Shown here: piece by piece, positions 1 to 8,989 of the stretch | Numbering within the stretch: position 1 is the first letter of the stretch | Layout: each line of letters begins with the position of its first letter | Source of the DNA: Bacteroidota bacterium | GTDB taxonomy: Bacteria > Bacteroidota > Rhodothermia > Rhodothermales > Rubricoccaceae | Direction: 5' to 3' | NCBI GenBank assembly: GCA_038528235.1 | Contig: JBCBEX010000002.1 | Location: forward strand, 44,914 to 108,913 | Length of the DNA: 64,000 bases | Notes under the pieces: generated by a model | Databases searched by the model: none | The model's input: only the letters and a program-made list of their open reading frames with translations | Told to the model about the DNA's origin: nothing | Position numbers and translations under genes: made by a program

Positions 1-120
1 TGGAAACGGCAGAACGCTGTTAAGTTCGCGCATCTGCGTGGCGATGGCACCCCCAATCGCGTGCGGCATGTGCTTTGTGCCCGCATAGCCTCTGTCCCGC
101 TCACAGGTTTTCGCGTTACG

Positions 121-639
121 ATGCGTGCTCTCCTCGCTTCTTTCCTGCTCGCGCTGTTCCTCGCGGCCCCGGCTCTCGCTCAGCCAGCACCTGGAAGCGG
201 CGAGGGCGTCACGACCGTAGACGGCGTGGCCATGATGCTTCCAGCGGGCTGGGCCTCAACGCCTGCGGCGTCCACCATTGATGGGGTGCGGCGCATCGTA
301 GCTGAGGAGGGCACCTCCAGCAGCTACCCAGGAGCCAAGCTCGTGGTGGAGGTACTGCCGGGCCTCAACCGGCTTCAGCAGGAGCGCTGGCTGCGCGGCC
401 AGTTGCTGCGCGGCCTTGATGCGTCGTACGAGATCGAGCCAGTACCGACCACCACGGTGGGAGGCGACGTCGGCGCTGCCGTCTCGTTCTCCAAGGGGGG
501 ACGCCGTGGGTATGCCCTCTACACGCGCGGTGGGGCGTCCTACAGCGTTCGGCTCAGTGCCTCCTCCGCGCTGTGGGACGACGCCTCGACCCGGCAGGCA
601 CTTCTCCGGCTAATGCAGAGCATACGCGTCGCAGGCTAA
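121..639 (+). CDS. secreted hypothetical protein
   Basis: Track ORF 61..639. The internal ATG at 121 gives MRALLASFLLALFLAAPALAQP, a classic Sec signal peptide. No domain recognised. Confidence 0.5.
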   Translation: MRALLASFLLALFLAAPALAQPAPGSGEGVTTVDGVAMMLPAGWASTPAASTIDGVRRIVAEEGTSSSYPGAKLVVEVLPGLNRLQQERWLRGQLLRGLDASYEIEPVPTTTVGGDVGAAVSFSKGGRRGYALYTRGGASYSVRLSASSALWDDASTRQALLRLMQSIRVAG

Positions 640-653
640 GGACGTGTCAACGT

Positions 654-1484
654 CTAGGCGTTGCGTTCGGACCGACGCTGCGCGCGCACGAGTTGGACGA
701 GCGAGGTCGTCGCCTGCAGCCCAAACGGTCCGGTCGGCTCGCCGTGCACCTCTAGGCACAGGGGGCCATCGAAGCCACCGGCGCGGAGGGCTGCTAGGTG
801 CGTGCTCCATCCGACGGCGCCCTCGCCCGGGGCGGATTCGCTCCATGCTTCCGCCTCGCCACGTCCGTCGCGTACCGTGACGAAAGCCACGTGACCGGCG
901 AGGGCACCCACATCGGCTGCAAGGGCATCGGCTGCAAGGGCATCAGCTGCGAGGCTGCTGCCGCCGCGGAGGGCTGCAACCGGGTTCCAGGCGGCACGCA
1001 CGTGCGGATGCCCTACGGCGTCTAGGAGTTTGGCCAGGCTGTGTCCCGAGGCACAGGCGGTGCCCGCCGCGTTGCAGACGGCAAGGCAGAGTTGATGACG
1101 CTGGGCGATGTCCCCAGCGCGTCGCAGCAGGTCGGCTCCGGCGGCCGGGTCAGCGTCCGGGTCGTCTGCGAGCGCGCCCACCAGTGCGATTCCGCACCCG
1201 AAACGTTGGCAGAACGCCGCCACCTCGGTCAGCTCGCCGAGGTCGGTGAACCCTTGCGCCCGGTCGGAGGCCGCACCCTCGAACAGCCCCGGCACGACTG
1301 CCACAAGTGGCATCTCGTGCTCATCGAGCCGGCGACGGAGCTTGGCTTCGTTCACGTAGGGTATGCGTTCGCCGTGTCGGCCCATCGTCCGCAGCACAAG
1401 GCCTTCGTGGCCCCACAGCAGCGCGTAGTGTAGCGCGCGGTCTAGATCCGTAGACACGGTGTCGGTCAGGAGAGCAGGCAGCAT
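654..1484 (-). CDS. sugar phosphate isomerase/epimerase family protein (xylose-isomerase-like TIM barrel)
   Basis: 276-aa ORF. Its overall pattern resembles AP-endonuclease-2/xylose-isomerase-like TIM-barrel proteins, ending in ...GPLCLEVHGEP. Family call is from memory, not searched. Confidence 0.5.
   Translation of the reverse strand: MLPALLTDTVSTDLDRALHYALLWGHEGLVLRTMGRHGERIPYVNEAKLRRRLDEHEMPLVAVVPGLFEGAASDRAQGFTDLGELTEVAAFCQRFGCGIALVGALADDPDADPAAGADLLRRAGDIAQRHQLCLAVCNAAGTACASGHSLAKLLDAVGHPHVRAAWNPVAALRGGSSLAADALAADALAADVGALAGHVAFVTVRDGRGEAEAWSESAPGEGAVGWSTHLAALRAGGFDGPLCLEVHGEPTGPFGLQATTSLVQLVRAQRRSERNA
911..955. repeat. 15-nt tandem repeat x3, in frame (LAADA pentapeptide repeat)
   Basis: catcggctgcaaggg / catcggctgcaaggg / catcagctgcgaggc read directly; encodes AADALAADALAAD in the minus-strand CDS. 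Confidence 0.85.
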
Positions 1485-1492
1485 GGGAGCAG

Positions 1493-2311
1493 TTACTCGT
1501 CGTCGTGGGCTGCAGCCGTCAGGATGGCGTCGGTGAGTTCGTCCGCCCAGCGCACAACGGCCGCCGTCTCGCGGGCCCGCTGCATGCGTTCGAGGTCACT
1601 CGTACCCTCGCGCCCTCCCTCAGGCGGTGTCACCATTGTTACGGTCGCGTTCTCGAAGGAAGACAACGCAGCGCGGACGGCGGGCGCGGCAGTTGTGTCT
1701 GCGGTCACATACAGGACGGAGGCGACTTCGGTGGCCACCCAGCCTGGGAACCGCGCCAGATCAGCGAAGCCGCTGACGCTCGTCCGCGGGGCTCCCCACA
1801 GACCGACCAGTACCGTGCGCCCAGGTGCGGACTCGTAGATGGCACGCCGCGCTAGCCGCTGCGCCGTGCTCAAGACGGCGGCTGCGCCTTCCCCGTCGAG
1901 ATCCGCCGCGACCACGACGAGTTCGCTGCGCACGCGCCCGTCGCGCCCGGGAAGGAGAGCCTGTACGTGTGCCCGCGCCGAGTCCTCCGAGACAAAGCTA
2001 GGCGACGCGAAGTGGGGGTGCAGGAAGGACGAACCAGCCACGGGCAACCAGCCGTAGCGCTCCAGCCGCTCCGCCGCATAGATCAGGGCCTCGGCCCGGT
2101 CGGCTTCGGAGAACGATTCGCCGTCGTCGGGGACGAACTGCCGGAGGGCGCTCCGCACTTCGCTGTCGCTGCCCGAGGGCGCTATCGATGTGGAAGGCGC
2201 AGCACACCCGACAAGTCCCCCTACGCCGAGCATCAAGAAAACGGCCGAGCGCAGCCGAGCAGAGCGCAGTCGAGCAGAGCGCAGTCGAGCACGTCGCAAT
2301 CGGGCACGCAT
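1493..2311 (-). CDS. putative lipoprotein, function unknown
   Basis: N-terminus MRARLRR(ARLRS)x3-AVFLMLGVGGLVGC shows a basic n-region, a hydrophobic core and a lipobox Cys. The rest is vaguely M28-peptidase-like but not convincing. Confidence 0.5.
   Translation of the reverse strand: MRARLRRARLRSARLRSARLRSAVFLMLGVGGLVGCAAPSTSIAPSGSDSEVRSALRQFVPDDGESFSEADRAEALIYAAERLERYGWLPVAGSSFLHPHFASPSFVSEDSARAHVQALLPGRDGRVRSELVVVAADLDGEGAAAVLSTAQRLARRAIYESAPGRTVLVGLWGAPRTSVSGFADLARFPGWVATEVASVLYVTADTTAAPAVRAALSSFENATVTMVTPPEGGREGTSDLERMQRARETAAVVRWADELTDAILTAAAHDDE
2247..2291. repeat. 15-nt tandem repeat x3, in frame (RSARL repeat in the signal-peptide n-region)
   Basis: gagcgcagccgagca / gagcgcagtcgagca / gagcgcagtcgagca read directly. 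Confidence 0.85.
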
Positions 2312-2408
2312 CGGGGCTGGGGAAGAGCGTGAAAAGCGAAGGGCCGCCCGGCAACTGCCAGACGGCCCTCGGGGCAGCCAAGGCTGCCGTGTTTCAGACC
2401 AGCGCGGC

Positions 2409-3662
2409 TCAGTCGAAGCCGATGCTCAGCGTGGCCGTGAAGCCGAAGTTGGTCTTGAAGTCGTTGGCGCCCCCGAGCGAGAGGCCGTAGTCGGCGTACT
2501 CGTTCTGGACACCGCCCTTCAGCGAGAGCGCGGCCGGGAAGTTCGGCGGGCGGATGATCAGGTAGGGCAGGATCGAGCCCTGGTGGCCGCCGCTGGCCGG
2601 GGTCGGCGTGGCCGTGGCGAGGGAGGCCGATGCGAAGCCGTCGCTGACGAACGTTTCGTCGAGCTGCGTGCGCAGCTGGAGCGCAGCGCCGATCTCGAAG
2701 AACGAGACGCGGAAGCCGAGGCCGGCCTTGAACACGAGGAGGTCGTTGATGCCGTCGAGCTCTTCGACGCCCTGCGACTGCTGACCGAAGGTGCCGGAGG
2801 TCGGATCGAGGTCTGTCTCGATCACGTCCTCCTCGCCGTCGAGCAGGAGGAAGTAGTCGACGCCGCCGAAGATGCGGAACCAGTCGGCGGGGTAGTCGAA
2901 GTCGGCGCCGAAGAAGATGGCGTCCTGCAGGTCGGTCGAGTTGAAGTTCGAGCGACGCTGGTAGCCCGTGACCGTCGTGGTTGCGCCGGTGGCCGTCACC
3001 ACGTTCTGGATGTCGCCCGTGGTGAACTCACGGTCTTCGCCGAGGTCGAAGATGTAGCCACCGTGGAGGCCGAGGGTCTTGCCCTGGAGCATGCCGTAGA
3101 CCTTGAGCGACTGGAGCCCGAAGGCCGTCTCGATCGACTCGTAGGGCACGTCGCCGAGGGTCGCGCCTACGCCGGTCTGCGTCGGGGCGATGACCGGGAA
3201 GGTCGTGGTGCCGTTCTCGACATCGAAGACGTTCTGGCCGATGACGAGCTGCGCGCCGCCGCCGAACTTGAAGCGCGGGAAGTTGATCAGGTTGATCTGG
3301 CCACCCACGAGGATGCGCTGCGAGGTGATCTCGCCGGGCACGAAGCCGCTCGCAGCGTAGTCAACGTCGTCGCCGTTGGCGTCGTAGGCCTCGCTCACCA
3401 CGCCGTAGGCGTAGCTGACCCACAGCTTGACGGGCGCCTCGTCGGCCGAGCGGCCGAGCGCGAACGTGTCGTTGGTGATGTCCTCCTCATCCGAGGGGGT
3501 CGCTTCGTCGCCGATCACGACGACCGACTGGGAGGCGGCAGACTCGGTGGCGGCCTGCTCGGTGGTGGTGGCGTCCTTCTTGGTGCCATCCGGCTTCTCG
3601 CCATCCGGGCTGCCGAAGAGCAGCGAGCCGGAGAGCAGAGCCACGAGTGCCAAGTTGATCAT
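2409..3662 (-). CDS. outer-membrane beta-barrel (porin-like) protein
   Basis: Signal peptide MINLALVALLSGSLLFG, a low-complexity linker, then a Gly/Tyr/Phe-rich alternating strand pattern ending in ...TATLSIGFD. Confidence 0.6.
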   Translation of the reverse strand: MINLALVALLSGSLLFGSPDGEKPDGTKKDATTTEQAATESAASQSVVVIGDEATPSDEEDITNDTFALGRSADEAPVKLWVSYAYGVVSEAYDANGDDVDYAASGFVPGEITSQRILVGGQINLINFPRFKFGGGAQLVIGQNVFDVENGTTTFPVIAPTQTGVGATLGDVPYESIETAFGLQSLKVYGMLQGKTLGLHGGYIFDLGEDREFTTGDIQNVVTATGATTTVTGYQRRSNFNSTDLQDAIFFGADFDYPADWFRIFGGVDYFLLLDGEEDVIETDLDPTSGTFGQQSQGVEELDGINDLLVFKAGLGFRVSFFEIGAALQLRTQLDETFVSDGFASASLATATPTPASGGHQGSILPYLIIRPPNFPAALSLKGGVQNEYADYGLSLGGANDFKTNFGFTATLSIGFD

Positions 3663-3908
3663 GGGGTAGATCCTCTGGTTGAGAGAAAGGTCGGGGAAGT
3701 GGGGGTGCAGACGGGAATCGCGCGGAGCCTATGAAGGCGGGCCGGCCGGTCCTATGCAGGTCGGGGATGGAAGGGTCCCGCCCTCTTGGGAGCCGAAGCA
3801 CGCGGGACTGGTTCCGATTCGGCAACTTACAATGCCGCCCCAAACACTTCCAAGCCTACTTTAGAACTCCTCATTTCCCGCCTCTAGGTTCTTCAGCGCC
3901 GTTTCCGG

Positions 3909-5690
3909 ATGCCCGCCCTCGTCTCTCCCCAGGCCGAGGCCCTCCTCGACGCCGAGCGCACGCTGCTCGACCGCCTAGCCGCTCTGCTCGCCGCCGCCGA
4001 CGCGAACCCGGCCACCGCGGCCCGCCTCGCCGAAGTAGCCGCGAACCTGTCTGACTTATTTCTGGTGGTCGTCGTGGGCGAGTTCAACGCGGGCAAGTCA
4101 ACGGTGCTCAACGCGCTCTTTGGCGAGGTCGTGATGGAGGAAGGCCCAGTGCCGACGACGGACAAAATCACGGTCCTCCGCCACGGCGACGCGCCCGAGA
4201 CGCACCACCGCTCCCCGTTCGTAACGGAGCGCCGCCTTCCCGCGCCGTTCCTGCAGGGCCTCACGCTCGTCGACACGCCCGGCACCAACTCAATCATCCA
4301 GGAGCACCAGGCGCTCACCGAGGACTTCGTCCCGCGCGCCGACCTCGTGGTGTTCGTGACCAGCTTCGACCGGCCGCTCTCGGACTCGGAGCGCACGTTC
4401 CTCGGCTTCATCCGCGACACGTGGGGCAAGCAACTCGTCTTCGTCCTGAACAAGGCCGACCTCGCCGACGACGCCAACGAAGACCCCGACGCCGCGCTCG
4501 CGCAGGTGCTCGCTCACGTCCGCGAGGGCACGGAGCGACTGATGGGCTTCACGCCGAAGATCTTCCCCGTCGCTGCCCGCCTCGCCCTCAAGGCAAAACG
4601 GGACGAGTCGACCACCTTGGACGCTGATCCGCGTTGGGAGGCGAGCCGGTTCGCGGCGTTCGAGACCTACCTCACGGACACGCTCACGGACGCGCACCGC
4701 TATGCCCTGAAGCTCCACGCGCCCCTCGACGCTGCGCGGCAGCTCTTCGGGCACGCTGAGCAGCGCCTCGCCGAGCGTCGCACCATCGTGGACGACGACG
4801 CAGCCGGGCTCGACCGCCTCCACGAGCGCTTCGCCCAGAAGGAAAGCGCCCTCGCCACGACGACCGAGCAGGCGCTCACGGCCATCGACAACGAGCTGCT
4901 GGAGTTGGAGCAGCGCGGGCGGCAGTTCCTCGACGACTCGATCCGTGTCTCGAAAATCCGCATGCTGCGCGACCGCGACCGCTTCAAGACGGAGTTCCAG
5001 CAGCAGGTCCTCCGCGACGCCGAAGGCCGCATCGAGACGCGCATGGGCGAGGCCGTGGACGCCCTCCTGCGCACCGTCCTCGACCTCTGGAACGACACCT
5101 ACACGCACCTCGCCGACCAGAAGCGCCGCCACGCAGGCACGGCCGCCCGCCAGGACGACGCCTTCCTCTACAACCGCGACGAGGTCTTCACGGCCGTCGC
5201 TCGCGAGGCCCGCCGCACGCTCGACGGCACAGACCTGCAGGAAGAGGCCCGTCGCATCCTTGAAAACGCCCGCTCCGCCGCGACGCTCTTCGCCGGGGGC
5301 CTCGGTACCGCTGCCGGGATCGGCCTGCTCGTCACCGCCATCGCCACGACGGCCGCGTTCGACGTGACGGGCGGCCTCCTCGCCGCGCTGGCGATTGGGG
5401 CGCTGGGTTTCCTGGTGCTGCCGCGCGAGAAGCGCAAGGCGATCCGCGAGTTCAAGGAGCAGGTCGGGCGGCTGCGCGAGAACCTCCGCGACGCGCTCCG
5501 GCAGACCTTCGAGCAGGAGACCGACGACGCGCTCGCCCGCGTGCGGACGCTCGTGCGCCCCGTGGAGACCCTCGTGGCCGAGGAGCGCGCCAAGCTCACC
5601 GCCGCCGAAACGGAGCTAGAGACGCTCCGCGCCGACGCGAAGGACTTGCGTGCCCGCGTGACGAAGGCGTTTGGGGAGGCAAAGGTGTGA
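3909..5690 (+). CDS. dynamin-family GTPase (bacterial dynamin-like protein)
   Basis: P-loop GEFNAGKST, LVDTPGT and NKAD motifs, a long helical stalk, and a C-terminal hydrophobic paddle GLGTAAGIGLLVTAIATTAAF...LAIGALGFLVLP. Confidence 0.85.
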   Translation: MPALVSPQAEALLDAERTLLDRLAALLAAADANPATAARLAEVAANLSDLFLVVVVGEFNAGKSTVLNALFGEVVMEEGPVPTTDKITVLRHGDAPETHHRSPFVTERRLPAPFLQGLTLVDTPGTNSIIQEHQALTEDFVPRADLVVFVTSFDRPLSDSERTFLGFIRDTWGKQLVFVLNKADLADDANEDPDAALAQVLAHVREGTERLMGFTPKIFPVAARLALKAKRDESTTLDADPRWEASRFAAFETYLTDTLTDAHRYALKLHAPLDAARQLFGHAEQRLAERRTIVDDDAAGLDRLHERFAQKESALATTTEQALTAIDNELLELEQRGRQFLDDSIRVSKIRMLRDRDRFKTEFQQQVLRDAEGRIETRMGEAVDALLRTVLDLWNDTYTHLADQKRRHAGTAARQDDAFLYNRDEVFTAVAREARRTLDGTDLQEEARRILENARSAATLFAGGLGTAAGIGLLVTAIATTAAFDVTGGLLAALAIGALGFLVLPREKRKAIREFKEQVGRLRENLRDALRQTFEQETDDALARVRTLVRPVETLVAEERAKLTAAETELETLRADAKDLRARVTKAFGEAKV

Positions 5691-5712
5691 GTGCCCACTC
5701 TTCGACCTTCGC

Positions 5713-6237
5713 CTACCTCAGCCAGCGCAGGTCGAAGTAGAGCGGGCGATGCGAAGGCGCAAACAACCACCCTCCGGGCGGATGGACGACCAGAACTTCT
5801 CCACGGTCGAATTTCCGCGTGATGGAGAACACGCCTGTTGAGTCCACGCCGCCGAGGCGTGTAGCCGTCCCGTCTCGATTCCACACGGACACAATTGCGT
5901 CCTTGACAGGGCTGCCTCTCCGACCATCTCTTCGAGTACTAAATACGCTCCCTCGGACTGTAAATCGGTGCGACGCTGGATCATATACGATGTGATCGGT
6001 CTCGACAAAGAACTCGTCGATCTCGTGTGTGCAATCAGCCCCTCTGTCTACGAATCCGTACTCCGGGTAATCAATCCATTCAGGATCTAGCCCGCCAACC
6101 GGTGGCACCACGTTGACTAGCGCATCCCGATAGAGATCAGCTTCCAACAGGATTGGGGCCGCAGGCTGGTTTAGCAAAACGCACCCTGTAAGACTGGTAC
6201 TTAGACTCAGCAGGAGCGCACGGTAAAGATGGGGCAT
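5713..6237 (-). CDS. putative lipoprotein (beta-sandwich-like), lower GC
   Basis: The internal ATG at 6237 of track ORF 5713..6501 gives MPHLYRALLLSLSTSLTGC, a lipobox. The 5' part of the gene lies in visibly lower-GC DNA. Confidence 0.5.
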   Translation of the reverse strand: MPHLYRALLLSLSTSLTGCVLLNQPAAPILLEADLYRDALVNVVPPVGGLDPEWIDYPEYGFVDRGADCTHEIDEFFVETDHIVYDPASHRFTVRGSVFSTRRDGRRGSPVKDAIVSVWNRDGTATRLGGVDSTGVFSITRKFDRGEVLVVHPPGGWLFAPSHRPLYFDLRWLR

Positions 6238-6322
6238 CAACGAGGTGCGAGCGACGACTCTCAAGACTTGCACGGTGCAGAATTCTGATTCATAGTCTAA
6301 CAGGGGTACGCTCGCGCCCGAA

Positions 6323-7294
6323 GTGCAAATTTCAGCACCACGCAGCCGCACTCGGCCCGATCTTCGCCCTCGACATACACCGGACCACCCACCACGGACA
6401 CCCGTGCGCTTTCTGATCGACCAGCGGCTCGTGCTGAGCGTGATCGTGCTCAACGCGGTCGCGCTCTTCGTGGCGGCGTTCCCCGACCTCGATCCGGGCA
6501 CGCGCGCGGCGCTGCGGTGGGTCGACTTCAGCTGCCTCGTCTACTTCGTCGTGGAGGCCGCGCTCAAGATCTGGGACGCGCGCGGCTTCCGCGGCTACTG
6601 GACCGATCCGTGGAATCGGTTCGACTTCGTGATCGTGCTCACGAGCCTGCCCGCGCTCGCGGAGCCGTTCGTGGAAGTGCCGACGCGCGCCTTCGCGGTG
6701 CTGACGCTGCTGCGCCTCGGGCGGTTGCTCCGACTGTTGCGGCTCTTCCGCTTCGTCCCCGAAATCGACAAGCTGCGGCAGGGCGTCGTGCGGGCCATTA
6801 AGGCCTCGGTGCCGGTCTTCCTGGTGTTGGCGCTGTTCAACGTGATCCTTGGCCTCGGCGCGACGCTCCTCTTTGGACACGTTGCGCCGCAGCACTTCGG
6901 CGACCCGCTGCACGCGCTCTACACGCTGTTCAAGGTGTTCACCGTCGAGGGGTGGTACGAGGTGCCGGACGCGCTCGCGGCGGAGGGCATCGCCACTGGG
7001 TGGATCGCGGCCATTCGTGCTTATTTCGTGATCGCGCTGCTCTTCGGCGGCCTGCTCGGCCTCAGCCTCGCCAACGCCATCTTCGTCGATGAGATGACGC
7101 TCGACAACACCGAGAAGGTCGAGCAGATGGTGCAGGACCTGCACGCCGAGGTCCGCGCCCTCCGCGCTGAACTTCACCTCAGCACGCACGGCAACGACCT
7201 TGCCAACCCAGCGCCCGAGGCCGCGCTCTCAAGCGGGCCGGGCGAGGTAGCTGGCCCCGAACCCGGCGACGACGACGACCGCCAGCAGGCCTAG
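6323..7294 (+). CDS. voltage-gated ion channel, BacNaV-like single-domain
   Basis: Six-TM pattern. S4 is RLGRLLRLLRLFRF. The pore segment TLFKVFTVEGWYE aligns with BacNaV TLFQVxTLESW. C-terminal coiled coil EKVEQMVQDLHAEVRALRAEL. The true start may be the in-frame GTG at 6404 (VRFLIDQ). Confidence 0.8.
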   Translation: MQISAPRSRTRPDLRPRHTPDHPPRTPVRFLIDQRLVLSVIVLNAVALFVAAFPDLDPGTRAALRWVDFSCLVYFVVEAALKIWDARGFRGYWTDPWNRFDFVIVLTSLPALAEPFVEVPTRAFAVLTLLRLGRLLRLLRLFRFVPEIDKLRQGVVRAIKASVPVFLVLALFNVILGLGATLLFGHVAPQHFGDPLHALYTLFKVFTVEGWYEVPDALAAEGIATGWIAAIRAYFVIALLFGGLLGLSLANAIFVDEMTLDNTEKVEQMVQDLHAEVRALRAELHLSTHGNDLANPAPEAALSSGPGEVAGPEPGDDDDRQQA

Positions 7295-7483
7295 CCCAAC
7301 GTAGAGCAGCCGCATCGCCCAGCGGTCGAGCCGCGCCACGCGTTCCGGGGCCGTCTCGTCGCCCTGCTTCGGCCCCACCGTCGCCAAGAACGCCCGCCGC
7401 GTCCACACGACGCCCTTGAGCACCACGCCCACCGCGAGCAGCGCGACGGTCAGCCAGGCGAGGACGGTGAGCAAGGACCACAT
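7229..7483 (-). CDS. small two-TM membrane protein
   Basis: 84-aa ORF with two hydrophobic helices (MWSLLTVLAWLTVALLAVGVVL and LLYVGLGLLAVVVVAGFG). It overlaps the channel gene 3' end convergently by 66 nt. Confidence 0.4.
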   Translation of the reverse strand: MWSLLTVLAWLTVALLAVGVVLKGVVWTRRAFLATVGPKQGDETAPERVARLDRWAMRLLYVGLGLLAVVVVAGFGASYLARPA

Positions 7484-7485
7484 GC

Positions 7486-7520
7486 AGGTCGAAGGTCGAA
7501 GGTCGAAGGTCGAAGGTCGA
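7486..7520. repeat. heptanucleotide tandem repeat (AGGTCGA)x5
   Basis: Read directly. The repeat begins 3 nt from the minus-strand ATG at 7483 and is followed by a degenerate sixth unit. Confidence 0.9.
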
Positions 7521-7614
7521 AAAGGTGCCGTGCTTGCGGAGGAGCGTCAAGGCAATATCGCGAGACGGTATCGGGACGGCTCCCCCCGTTTTGGTTGACG
7601 GTCGCTATGCTCCC

Positions 7615-7654
7615 AATCAACCAAAACTGTCCCCCTCACGTGTGAGGGGGACAG
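7615..7654 (-). terminator. rho-independent terminator downstream of rnd
   Basis: Near-perfect palindrome CTGTCCCCCTCAC/GTGAGGGGGACAG, followed on the minus strand by GTTTTGG. Confidence 0.6.
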
Positions 7655-7715
7655 CTTGACCGCCGTCCAGGCGTGTCAAGCGAGGGGAGCCGCGCCGAGC
7701 ACCGTCTACTATTCG

Positions 7716-8900
7716 CTAGCCCCCCGCCGCGAGACGTCCCTGCGCCACGCACCGGCTCGGCAGCCCGTCCGCGTCGAGTAGCACGGCGGCCTCGCCGCGG
7801 AGCACGCGCAGGAGGTCTGCGCCGACGATCTCGCGGCGCCAGCCTTGGAGCACGGGGTGGTCGGCGGGGTCGGCGTCTGGACCTGCCTCCACGAGCGCGC
7901 CAATGCCGGACTTTGTGCTGAGTAGGATCGGGTCGAGGTCTTCGGCGGTGCCGCGCCCCACGACGAGCGCGTTGAGGAGGTAGGCCTGGCTGCGCTCGGC
8001 GGGGTCGTCGCGGTGGGGCGGCGTGGGCGGCGGGAGCGCGTCGTCCGGCAGGCTGTGCGCGTATTCGACGGCCTCGCGGAGGGCGTCGCCGTAGCGGTCC
8101 CGGTCGCGGTCGTCGAGGGCGCGCACGCCGAGGAGGTTCGAGCGGCGCGGGTTGCGCTGGGCGATCTGCACGAGCGCATCGTCCGAGACAACGCGGCGGC
8201 GCGGGGTGTCTTGATAGCGTGCCTCTGTCTCGCGCCACGCGGCGAGGGCGTCGAGCGTGACGCGCTGGCGGGGCCGCAGCCGCCCCTGGCCCTTGAAGCT
8301 CAGGCGGTCGGCGACCTCCTCCGGCGTCTCCTCAGTGTAGAGCGACGGGTCGTCGTAGGCCGCCCGTTCCTGATCCGCGATGGCCTGTCGCCCCTTCGCC
8401 ACGACGAGTTCTTCCAGCCGGTCTTTCACGTCGAGGAGGTACTCGACGTCGGCGAGGGCATACGTCTGCTGCTTCTGCGAGAGCGGCCGCCGCAGCCAGT
8501 CGGTGCGGGCCTGCGTGGCGGGCATCTCGACACCCACGAGGTCTTCCACGAGGCCCGTCAGCGACGCCGTCGCCGTGAGGCCGACGAGCCCGGCGATGCG
8601 CTGCGTGTCGAAGACGTTGACCGGCAGCCCGCCCGTCGCGCGGTGGAGGATCGTGAGGTCCTGCACGGCGTCGTGGAGCACGACCGTCACGTTCGGGTCG
8701 GCCAGCACGGTGCCGAGTGGCGCGAGGTCGAGTGCGGGCGCGTCGAGGAGGTGCGTGTCGCCGCGTCCGAGGCCGATCTGTACGAGGCCGAGGCGCGGGT
8801 AGTAGGTCCGGTCCCAGACAAACTCCGTGTCGATGGCGACGGCGTCCGCCGCCAGCATGCGGTCTACGAGGGCGGCGAGGGCGTCAGGCGTGTCGATCAT
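7716..8900 (-). CDS. rnd: ribonuclease D
   Basis: N-terminal DEDD 3'-5' exonuclease pattern (AVAIDTEF..., LHDAVQDL), an HRDC-like C-terminal half, and a typical ~390 aa length. Confidence 0.8.
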   Translation of the reverse strand: MIDTPDALAALVDRMLAADAVAIDTEFVWDRTYYPRLGLVQIGLGRGDTHLLDAPALDLAPLGTVLADPNVTVVLHDAVQDLTILHRATGGLPVNVFDTQRIAGLVGLTATASLTGLVEDLVGVEMPATQARTDWLRRPLSQKQQTYALADVEYLLDVKDRLEELVVAKGRQAIADQERAAYDDPSLYTEETPEEVADRLSFKGQGRLRPRQRVTLDALAAWRETEARYQDTPRRRVVSDDALVQIAQRNPRRSNLLGVRALDDRDRDRYGDALREAVEYAHSLPDDALPPPTPPHRDDPAERSQAYLLNALVVGRGTAEDLDPILLSTKSGIGALVEAGPDADPADHPVLQGWRREIVGADLLRVLRGEAAVLLDADGLPSRCVAQGRLAAGG

Positions 8901-8989
8901 CGGGCTGGGCAGTTCGGCTGTCGGCGAAAACGCCGCAATATCCGAACGCCTTCCTGCTCTGCCTGCCTCACGCTCGACTCTTCACGGAC

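Noticed and set aside
2190-3734. 514-aa plus-strand ORF overlapping the outer-membrane protein gene. Similar long overlapping ORFs occur at 8013..9080, 11450..12772, 13265..14569, 18780..20726, 35613..36476, 42440..43543, 47795..48811 and 51448..52785.
   Set aside because: These are antisense or alternative-frame shadows of convincingly coding genes in high-GC DNA. They are Arg/Ala/Gly/Glu-rich low-complexity translations with no recognisable motifs.
6104-6118. TGGCACCACGTTGAC as a sigma-54 promoter upstream of the channel gene.
   Set aside because: The -12 element reads TGAC and lacks the essential GC at the right spacing. The site also lies inside the convergent lipoprotein CDS.
7636-8238. 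200-aa Arg/Pro-rich ORF, along with other ORFs overlapping rnd.
   Set aside because: It is an alternative frame of the RNase D gene with extreme Arg/Pro composition.
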